Assembly: GCA_963667195.1 (NCBI GenBank)
Contig: OY762962.1
Location: forward strand, 1,754,591 to 1,818,590
Direction: 5' to 3'
DNA length: 64,000 bases
Source of the DNA: Christensenellaceae bacterium
GTDB lineage: Bacteria > Bacillota > Clostridia > Christensenellales > CAG-138
In this document: positions 18,450 to 25,944 of the stretch, piece by piece
How positions within the stretch are numbered: the stretch's first letter is position 1
Layout of the letters: each line of letters opens with the position of its first letter
Translations under genes and position numbers: made by a program
Notes under the pieces: generated by a model
What the model was told of the DNA's origin: nothing
What the model saw: the letters and a program-made list of their open reading frames with translations, nothing else
Database searches by the model: none

Positions 18450-19910
18450 TCAGACGAGGCCCGCTTGCGCGAGGTAGATGAGCACCAGCGGGAAACCAAG
18501 CCCAACGCCGATCGTTCCGATCGTGAGCAGCAGTTCGGAAACCTTGATGCCGCCCGTGATCTCACGAATTTCATTCCAACGCTCCTTGAGCTTGCCGAAG
18601 AACACCTTTTTCTGCAAGCGCAGGAAGTATGCGCCGGAGAGAATGCTCAGTAGCAGCGCGACGGCCGCGACCCACTTGAGCCCCGCGCTCCAGAGCGCGA
18701 TGAGCACCAGCAGCTTGCTCCAGAAACCCGCAAGCGGCGGAACGCCAGCAATCGAGAGCAGCGCCGCAACCGAGGAGAACGCGGTCACCGGCATCTTTGC
18801 CTGCAGGCCGCCCATCTCGTCGAGATCCAGCGTGCCGAGGCGCTTTTCCAGCGCGGCGGCGTTCGTAAAGAGCGTGGACTTCGCAAGCGAATGCGTGAGC
18901 AGGTATAAAAGCCCCGCGATGATGCCGAGGCGCGAATCCGCGGCAAAGCCGAGCAGGATATAGCCCATTTGGCTCACGGAGGAGTAGGCCGCGACGCGCT
19001 TGAAGTTCTTTTGCTGGAGCGCGAGCAGCGCGCCGACGATGATCGTAAACAAACCCAGCACCAACAGCGTCGCCTTCAGCGCGGCGTTGCCGGGGAACAG
19101 GCGCACGAGCACGAGCAGGCTGTAAACGCCCGCAATCTTGGTCACGATGCCGGAGAGCATGATGGACACCGCGGTATCCGCGCTCTCATACGCATCGGGC
19201 AGCCAGCTGTGGAAGGGAGCAACGCCGCTCTTGATCGCATAGCCGGAGGCAAGCAGCACCAGCGCCACCCAGCTAAGCTGGGTCTTCGGGTCACTCGCGT
19301 TGGCTAAGAGCGCAGGCTTGAGCGCGGTGAAGGAGAGGTTGCCCGCCTTGATGAACAGGAGCGAGAGTCCCGTGAGGATGAAGATGGTCGCCAACGCGGA
19401 GAGCGTCATGTACTTGAATGCACCCTCCAGGTCCCGCGTGCTCTTGTACATGCCGATCATGACAAAGCTCGCGATGCCGGTGACTTCCATAAAGACATAC
19501 AAGGAGAAGAGATCGCGCACGATGAGCATGCCGTTCATGCCGAGCATCATGACCATCAACAGGTTCGTAAACGAGCTGCGGTGGTCGTCGATGGTGGTAA
19601 ACGCGGTCATGGTCGAGGCAAGCGTGACCATGCCGACGCAACCGAGCAGGAAGAGCGTCACGAGATCGACGCGGAAATAGCTAAGACCCTTTGACAGATC
19701 CCAAACGAGCGAAAAGTGGAACGCGCTTTCGCCGGAGCTTGCCAGAAGGATAAAGCCGGTGATCGATGCAAGCATCTGCGCGATGGCGACGCCTGCGCCC
19801 ATGCCGATGGTCGCATGTCGCATGGTTTCGCGCGGGACGAGGTTATTCACCACGAGCGCGAGCATAGGCAGCGTGAGAAAGAGCTGGGTGAGGATGGTCA
19901 ATGCGCTCAT
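18450..19910 (-). CDS. antiporter-like subunit (NuoN/NuoM/MrpD family)
   Basis: 486-aa polytopic protein with proton-antiporter family motifs (PFHSWLPDAYE, AYSSVSQMGY). Confidence 0.88.
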   Translation of the reverse strand: MSALTILTQLFLTLPMLALVVNNLVPRETMRHATIGMGAGVAIAQMLASITGFILLASSGESAFHFSLVWDLSKGLSYFRVDLVTLFLLGCVGMVTLASTMTAFTTIDDHRSSFTNLLMVMMLGMNGMLIVRDLFSLYVFMEVTGIASFVMIGMYKSTRDLEGAFKYMTLSALATIFILTGLSLLFIKAGNLSFTALKPALLANASDPKTQLSWVALVLLASGYAIKSGVAPFHSWLPDAYESADTAVSIMLSGIVTKIAGVYSLLVLVRLFPGNAALKATLLVLGLFTIIVGALLALQQKNFKRVAAYSSVSQMGYILLGFAADSRLGIIAGLLYLLTHSLAKSTLFTNAAALEKRLGTLDLDEMGGLQAKMPVTAFSSVAALLSIAGVPPLAGFWSKLLVLIALWSAGLKWVAAVALLLSILSGAYFLRLQKKVFFGKLKERWNEIREITGGIKVSELLLTIGTIGVGLGFPLVLIYLAQAGLV

Positions 19911-19991
19911 AACAGCACCGTCTCTTTCCCTGCCAAAATGGCAGCAAACCGGGGATTTTGATCATACAATCTCATACGTTCGCCGCCTTTC

Positions 19992-21857
19992 TTACAGTAA
20001 TACGATCAGGAATACGACCGCGATGCAGACAAGTCCTGCCGCCGCGAGCACCAGATAGCGCGTCAGGCTTCCGTTGACGCCGCGGTGCAACAGCGCGGAG
20101 AACCCGCGCACAACGCCCGGTACGCCCTTGTCGTAGACCCAACAGACACCTTTTTCAATCCACATGCAGACGCGGGAAAACCCGGCGACCGCGGAAGTGA
20201 GCCAGTTGTAGGGATCGAGCTTGCCCGCCTCGGCAACCGCGTAGATCTGTTTCGGAACGGGCGCATAGTGGATGTGATCCGCGCTGTGCAGCGCATCTCC
20301 GCTCTTCTTGCGGCCATACAGGTGGTCGAGGAGAGCTACCAGCAGCGCCACGCAGGAGAGTGCGACGAGAAGCCAGCTCTTGGGCCAGCCGGAGAAAGAC
20401 TCGGTGTACCCGAGCGCGGGCGTCAGCAGCAGCTTGTGTGCCACGGTGTTGAAAACACCCAGAAGCACGCACAGGAGTGCCAGCACGATGGCGGGCAGCG
20501 TCATGCCAAGAGGCGCTTCCTTGACGTGCTTCACGCCCTGCGGAAACTCCGTTTTGCCGAAGAACGCGGCACCGCCGAGCTTGAGGAACGAGATTGCCGT
20601 CATAGCGGCGCCAACGAGGGCCACGATGTAGAAGGCAACGTTGCTCTCCAGCGCGGCGTCAAACACCAGCTCCTTGGAGAAGAAGCCGTTGAGGCCGGGG
20701 AAACCGGAAATCGCGAGTCCGAACACCACGAAGCAAGCGGCGGTGACGGGCATGAATTTGCCGAGTCCGCTGATGCGCTTGAGGTCGGTGGTACCCGTGC
20801 GCTTTTCGAGCGCGCCCGCGGTGAGGAACAGGCCGGATTTATACAGCACGTGGTTGATCATATGAAACAGCGCGCCGACGATGCCGATGGGCAGCGTACT
20901 GCCCACGCCGAGGATCATGTAGCCAACCTGGCTGATGGCGTGGTAGGACAGGAGCTTCTTCATGTCCTTTTGAATGAGCGCCATCGCAACGCCGATAAAC
21001 AGCGTAACCGCACCCACGATCATCACAAACGTGCTCACGGGAGAGCCCGGCTGCACGTCGTAAATCTGGGTCACGATGCGGATGGCGAGCCCTATACCGA
21101 GAATCTTTTCCAGCGAAGCGGGAAACAGCGCGAGGAAGGGAGACTGCGCGTCCTCCGCCGCGAGCGGAATCCAGCTGTGGAACGGCACGGCACCCGCTTT
21201 GGCAAGAGCGCCCAGCAGCATCAGCACACAGCCGACTACGCCGACGCCTTCGACCGGCAGGCGGGTAATCGCGGAGATGTTGCTTTGCCCCGAGACGTGA
21301 ATCGTGATGATCACGCCCAACATGAGCATGAGGTCGGCAATACCGCTGATCCAGAGCATCTTGATCACGGCGCGCGGCTTTTGCAGGTTGCCGATCAACA
21401 GAAGCACACTCATGGAGATCAACAGCCCTTCCCAGAAGACGAGCATCACGGGCAGGTTGTCAGCGAGCAGCGCTCCGTTGACAAAGCCGACGCTCACGAA
21501 GAAGAACAGCAGGAACAGCCCGCCTTCCTTCTTGCCGCGGTAGAAGGTCACCGAATACACCGCGAGCAATAGCGCAACCACGGACGCAAACAACGGCAGA
21601 ACGGTGGAAAGACCGCCGGAGACGAACCGCGCCTCAAACCCGTAGCCCGCAAACGGCAGAGAGACCGTCACCCCGCCGCCAAGATACAGCGCGAGGCAGA
21701 GAAACAAGTTGACGAGGCCAAAGAGCGCGACCGCCGCCACCTGGAAGGCGTACGCTTTCTTGAGGAGCCATACGATCAGACCTCCGAGAATCGGAAGCCC
21801 GATGAGCAGCAGCGGCAGCGTTGCCCCGCCGCCAAGCCATGCGCAGACAGAAGCCAT
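19992..21857 (-). CDS. antiporter-like subunit, NuoL/MrpA/HyfB-like with a C-terminal lateral-helix segment
   Basis: FWEGLLISMS, PFHSWIPLAAE and SYHAISQVGY motifs. The C-terminus has a long amphipathic stretch followed by a final TM. Start at MASVCAW, just after the upstream stop. Confidence 0.85.
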   Translation of the reverse strand: MASVCAWLGGGATLPLLLIGLPILGGLIVWLLKKAYAFQVAAVALFGLVNLFLCLALYLGGGVTVSLPFAGYGFEARFVSGGLSTVLPLFASVVALLLAVYSVTFYRGKKEGGLFLLFFFVSVGFVNGALLADNLPVMLVFWEGLLISMSVLLLIGNLQKPRAVIKMLWISGIADLMLMLGVIITIHVSGQSNISAITRLPVEGVGVVGCVLMLLGALAKAGAVPFHSWIPLAAEDAQSPFLALFPASLEKILGIGLAIRIVTQIYDVQPGSPVSTFVMIVGAVTLFIGVAMALIQKDMKKLLSYHAISQVGYMILGVGSTLPIGIVGALFHMINHVLYKSGLFLTAGALEKRTGTTDLKRISGLGKFMPVTAACFVVFGLAISGFPGLNGFFSKELVFDAALESNVAFYIVALVGAAMTAISFLKLGGAAFFGKTEFPQGVKHVKEAPLGMTLPAIVLALLCVLLGVFNTVAHKLLLTPALGYTESFSGWPKSWLLVALSCVALLVALLDHLYGRKKSGDALHSADHIHYAPVPKQIYAVAEAGKLDPYNWLTSAVAGFSRVCMWIEKGVCWVYDKGVPGVVRGFSALLHRGVNGSLTRYLVLAAAGLVCIAVVFLIVLL

Positions 21858-21858
21858 A

Positions 21859-23271
21859 TTACAGCACCTCCCAAATGCGCGAAGCCAGCTCCGCAGGCAG
21901 AGAAATGAACACGCCCAGAGCGAGCGCGAGAATGCCAAGGAACACCACGCTGCCGACCATGCCGCGCGAATGCTCGTGCGCATGATGATCGGTTTCGGGT
22001 CCTAAGAACACCTTGAAGAACACGCGGGAGAGATAGAACACCGTCATAAACGCGCCGAGGATGAACACGCCTGCAATCCAGGGTTGGTTTGCGGCGAGCG
22101 CGCCCTGCACGACGAAATACTTCGCGAAGAAGCCGGAGAACGGAGGCACACCCATGACCGAGAGCGAGCACAGCGCAAACGCAACCGCAGTCAGCGGGAA
22201 GCGCTTGTAGAGTCCGCCCATCTTGTTGATGTCCTTGGTGTGCAGGTTGTGCTCCACGATGCCGGCGCAGAGGAAGAGCCCGCCCTTTGCAACGCTGTGC
22301 GCTAAGATATACAGCATGCCGCCGACGAGGCCGGTCTCGTTGCCGATGCTCACGCCCAAGAGGATGAACGCAAGCTGGCTGATGGTCGAATACGCGATGA
22401 TGCGCTTGAGATCCGTCTCCACCATGGCGCAGCCTGCCGAAATGAGCGCGGAGACCGCCGCGATGATCGGCACAATGTGCGTAAACACGGGATCGACCGT
22501 AAACGTCGCGACAAACAGCCGCGCGTAGGCATAGACGCCGATCTTGACCAGCACCGCCGCGTGCAGCAGCGAGGTCACGGGCGAGGGCGCAACGCCCGCG
22601 TCCGGCAGCCAGCTGTGCAGCGGGAAGGTTGCGGATTTACTCAGGATTCCGAACAGGATCAGCGCCACGCACCAGGACGGCACATGCACGCCGCGCATCG
22701 CGGTGAGTTCAAACGTGCCTGTCTGTCCCCAGATGCCGAGGAAGCCCACCAGCATGATCAGGGCGCCGAGCACCGTGACGATATACGCCTTGTTTGCGCG
22801 AACGATGGTCAGCTCCTCGCGATAGAAGCCGATGAGACGCCAGCACGCGATCGCACTGATCTCCCAAAAGACATACAGCAGGATCAGGCTGGTCGAGAAC
22901 ACTAGCCCCATCATGGCGCCGATGAAGAGCACCGCCATGAAGTAGTATTCATTCTGGTTGTCGTAGTCCTTGATGTAGCCAAACGAGTAGATGAGGATGA
23001 CGCACGCAACGAGCGAGGACGTCATCGCCATAAACACGCTCAGTGCATCCGCCTGGAAGCCGAGGCTCAGCCCCAGCGGGAGCGCGAGGCGCACGAGCGG
23101 TTTCTCTCCCGCGAGAACCGCGGGCAGTAACGCCGCCGCGCAGACAAACGCGACGAACACAAACAGGAGCGAGAAGAAGTTTCTCACTCTTGGCGCGCGC
23201 CGTCCGATGAGCGGCAGTAAACACGCTCCGATCAACGGCGAAAAAATGCAGACGAGAAGCGTAGCTTGCAT
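21859..23271 (-). CDS. antiporter-like subunit (NuoL-N/HycC/MrpD-like); first gene of the hydrogenase operon
   Basis: FWEISAIACWRLIGFY, PLHSWLPDAG and AYSTISQLAF motifs. GAGGAA RBS 9 nt before the ATG at 23271. The ORF track extension to 23469 would run through the promoter. Confidence 0.85.
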   Translation of the reverse strand: MQATLLVCIFSPLIGACLLPLIGRRAPRVRNFFSLLFVFVAFVCAAALLPAVLAGEKPLVRLALPLGLSLGFQADALSVFMAMTSSLVACVILIYSFGYIKDYDNQNEYYFMAVLFIGAMMGLVFSTSLILLYVFWEISAIACWRLIGFYREELTIVRANKAYIVTVLGALIMLVGFLGIWGQTGTFELTAMRGVHVPSWCVALILFGILSKSATFPLHSWLPDAGVAPSPVTSLLHAAVLVKIGVYAYARLFVATFTVDPVFTHIVPIIAAVSALISAGCAMVETDLKRIIAYSTISQLAFILLGVSIGNETGLVGGMLYILAHSVAKGGLFLCAGIVEHNLHTKDINKMGGLYKRFPLTAVAFALCSLSVMGVPPFSGFFAKYFVVQGALAANQPWIAGVFILGAFMTVFYLSRVFFKVFLGPETDHHAHEHSRGMVGSVVFLGILALALGVFISLPAELASRIWEVL

Positions 23272-23333
23272 AGACCCCATTTCCTCTGTCCATGACGAAA
23301 GCCCACCCCGTAAAAGTCGTTGTCGGGACAGGC

Positions 23334-23347
23334 TTTTGCATGCAAAA
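23334..23347. promoter_or_regulatory. perfect 14-bp palindrome just downstream of the hydrogenase -10 (candidate operator)
   Basis: TTTTGCATGCAAAA, starting about 12 nt downstream of the -10 hexamer. Confidence 0.4.
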
Positions 23348-23358
23348 ATTGCGTGTTT

Positions 23359-23387
23359 ATTATAGTGCCAGCGCCTTAAAAGGTCAA
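23359..23387 (-). promoter_or_regulatory. near-consensus sigmaA promoter of the hydrogenase structural operon
   Basis: Minus strand reads TTGACC, 17-nt spacer, TATAAT. Confidence 0.7.
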
Positions 23388-23653
23388 GAAATGCAGGAAT
23401 TATCGAATCGGTTTTAGAATATCGATATACATTACGAATTAGCGCATATGCGAACAGACCGGAACCCAACCGAATGCAGACGGTACGAAAAAATAGCGCA
23501 AAAGAAGCGTGTAATGCGCTGTTTATTCATACGCCGGTTGTATGGAAGAAATTAGGACGGGATACGATTGCGAAATCGATCCGACGAAAGAGATCACGAA
23601 AGCGATTTTCGGTTATTGATAAACGAAGATCGAAAGAAAAATGCGTAAAAAAA

Positions 23654-24652
23654 TCAACAAATACGTGGCAAAAGCTCTCCGCTGGGCGGCAAAACGCGCC
23701 GAAAGGTGCCAATTTGCGTTTTCGCGAACACGCGGCCCGTGCCCAAAGAGACGCTTCCGATGATTGCGGCCTCCTCGCAGCCGGGGGTTGTGCGCAGCGC
23801 GAAAAGCGCCATCTGCACTTCCTCGGCGGGCAGAGAGAAGAGCGCGACGCCTTCGTTTGCCACATAGACGGGGTCGATGCCGAGTATTTCGCAGGCCGCG
23901 CGCGCGTCCGCCCGAACGGGCAGCGCTTCTTCCACGAGCGTGATATCGAGCGCGGAGCCCGCCCATTCGTTGAGCGTGCCCGCGACGCCGCCGCGCGTGG
24001 GATCGCGCATCGCGCGCACATGTACGCCCGCGTCCAGCACGGCGCGGATGGCGTGGTTGAGCGGGCGAACGTCGCTCGCAATCGCGGGATCGAAGCTTAG
24101 GTTGTGCCGCGCCGCCATGACCGCCATGCCGTGGCTTGCGATAGGAGAGGTGCAGAGGATTACGTCTCCCGCCTGCGGCTTCTGCGGCGGAATCGCGCGG
24201 TCAGCGGGAAACACGCCAACGCCCGCGGTGGTGATGTAGATGCCTGCGCATGCGCCGCTTTCCACAACCTTCGTGTCTCCGGTGACGATGAGAACGCCCG
24301 CCTCTCGCGCGGTCTCCGCCATGGAGGCGACGACGCGGCGCAGGGTTTCGAGCGGAAGCCCCGCTTCGAGGATCATCGCGCAGCTCAGGTAGCGCGGAAC
24401 CGCGCCGGACACCGCGAGGTCGTTGACCGTGCCGCAGACGGCGAGCCTGCCGATATCCCCGCCCGGAAAGAACAGGGGATTGACTACAAAGCCGTCCGTC
24501 GTCAGTGCGACGCGCTCACCCGCGGGCAGGATTGCGGCATCCGTCAGCGGAGAGAGAAACTCGTTTTGAAACGCGGGCGCGAAGATGGCCTCAACGAGTT
24601 CGCGGTAGTCCCGCCCGCCGGAACCGTGCGCCAGCGTGATGCAGTCCGTCAT
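23654..24652 (-). CDS. hypE: hydrogenase maturation protein HypE
   Basis: AIR-synthase-like fold sequence ending in the characteristic ...LLPRIC C-terminus. Confidence 0.93.
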   Translation of the reverse strand: MTDCITLAHGSGGRDYRELVEAIFAPAFQNEFLSPLTDAAILPAGERVALTTDGFVVNPLFFPGGDIGRLAVCGTVNDLAVSGAVPRYLSCAMILEAGLPLETLRRVVASMAETAREAGVLIVTGDTKVVESGACAGIYITTAGVGVFPADRAIPPQKPQAGDVILCTSPIASHGMAVMAARHNLSFDPAIASDVRPLNHAIRAVLDAGVHVRAMRDPTRGGVAGTLNEWAGSALDITLVEEALPVRADARAACEILGIDPVYVANEGVALFSLPAEEVQMALFALRTTPGCEEAAIIGSVSLGTGRVFAKTQIGTFRRVLPPSGELLPRIC

Positions 24653-25716
24653 ATGCCCGCTCCTTCATATTGATAGTATGCCGCGCAAGCGCCTTCCGAG
24701 GAGACCATGCATGCGCCCAGAGGATGCTGTGGCGTGCAGGCCTTACCAAAGAGCGGGCACTCGACGGGCTCGATGCTGCCGCGCAGCACGTCTCCGCAGC
24801 GGCAGGCGCTGCGCCGCGGAACGGCAACCTGCGCGGGAGAGAGTCGCTTGAGCGCGTCATACGCGGCGTGCTCCGGTCGGAGCGCAAGCCCGCTTTGCGG
24901 GATCTCGCCCAGTCCGCGCCAGACGGCGTCGCAAGGGATGAACCATTCGTCCACGAGAGCGCGCGCGGTTTCGTTCGCGCTTGGCTTGACCACGCGCGGG
25001 TATGCGTTAATCAAAGCGGGATTTCCGCGCTTGACCATTGTCACCAGCGCGAGAATGGCCGCGAGCAACTCCTCCGGCGCAAAGCCGGAGATCGCGGCGG
25101 GCAGATGCAGATCCTCCGGAACGAACGCAAACGCGTCCGCACCGGTGATGGAGGCGACGTGCCCGGGGCACAGCAGCGCGTCCACATGCGAAGCCCCGCC
25201 GAGCAGCGCACGCAGGGCGTTTGGCATAGTCTTATGTGCGGAGAATACAGAGAGGTTCTGCACGCGATCACGTCTTGCTGCTTCCAGCAATGCCGCGGTG
25301 TGCGGCGTGGTCGTCTCAAAGCCGACGCCGTACCAGACGACCTCCCGCGCGGGGTGCGCTAGCGCAAAATCGAGCGCGTCCAGCGGGGAGAGCGCGATAC
25401 GCACATCCGCACCGCGCGAGGCGAGCAGCGCGAGACTTTCATCTCCGCAGGGCACGCGCATCATGTCGCCAAAGCAAAACAGGGTCACGTTCTGCAGCTT
25501 CGCCAGCGCGAGCGCGAGCGCGATATCCTCCTCCGCCGTGACGCAGACCGGGCAGCCCGGGCCGGACACGAGGCGGATATTGCCCGGAAGCAGCTGGCGG
25601 ATGCCGTAGCGGCGGATGGCGTGGGTATGCGTGCCGCAGACCTCCATGATGGTCATCTGCGGCAGACCCTGCGCGGTCTGCGCGATTTTTTCGGTGAAAG
25701 CGGAGATGTTGCTCAC
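24649..25716 (-). CDS. hypD: hydrogenase maturation protein HypD
   Basis: GPGCPVCVT motif and a C-terminal Cys-rich Fe-S region. 4-nt overlaps with hypC and hypE. Confidence 0.93.
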   Translation of the reverse strand: MSNISAFTEKIAQTAQGLPQMTIMEVCGTHTHAIRRYGIRQLLPGNIRLVSGPGCPVCVTAEEDIALALALAKLQNVTLFCFGDMMRVPCGDESLALLASRGADVRIALSPLDALDFALAHPAREVVWYGVGFETTTPHTAALLEAARRDRVQNLSVFSAHKTMPNALRALLGGASHVDALLCPGHVASITGADAFAFVPEDLHLPAAISGFAPEELLAAILALVTMVKRGNPALINAYPRVVKPSANETARALVDEWFIPCDAVWRGLGEIPQSGLALRPEHAAYDALKRLSPAQVAVPRRSACRCGDVLRGSIEPVECPLFGKACTPQHPLGACMVSSEGACAAYYQYEGAGI

Positions 25717-25928
25717 AGCAGCTCAACTTCCCGAAGCAGCGCTTCCAGTTCCGCGCCCTCGTCGGGATCGACCTTCTGAATCACGAATCCCGCGTGAACG
25801 AGCACGCAGTCGCCGACAGCCGCTTCTGGCAAGAGTCGGACGGACGCGCGACGCGTCGTGCCGCCGTAGTCGATCGTGGCGGTTTCCTCTTCAATTTTTG
25901 AGATGGTGCCGGGGATGGCGAGACACAT
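25713..25928 (-). CDS. hypC: hydrogenase maturation chaperone HypC
   Basis: Starts MCLAIPG, the essential N-terminal Cys after Met. 71 aa. The ORF track extension to 25982 overlaps the hypF stop. Confidence 0.9.
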   Translation of the reverse strand: MCLAIPGTISKIEEETATIDYGGTTRRASVRLLPEAAVGDCVLVHAGFVIQKVDPDEGAELEALLREVELL

Positions 25929-25944
25929 ATGTTTTCCCTTTCTC

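Noticed and set aside
20085-21572. 495-aa plus-strand ORF inside the hydrogenase NuoL-like gene.
   Set aside because: It is Arg/His/Glu-rich with no domains, and lies antisense to a polytopic membrane protein that has conserved antiporter motifs.
13285-23387. Interpretation of the hydrogenase operon as a formate hydrogenlyase or CO-dependent hydrogenase.
   Set aside because: There is no fdhF, hycB/hyfA, cooS or cooF-like gene in or next to the operon within this window. The partner could be elsewhere, so the class is left open.
23272-23469. The N-terminal extension of the first hydrogenase gene (ORF-track entry 21859..23469).
   Set aside because: It would include the sigmaA promoter and the palindrome. 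An RBS-supported ATG at 23271 begins the hydrophobic NuoL-like N-terminus.
23528-23530. A 32-aa minus-strand mini-ORF (MNKQRITRFF...) in the hypE-to-hydrogenase spacer.
   Set aside because: It has no RBS and no recognisable features, so it is most likely chance.
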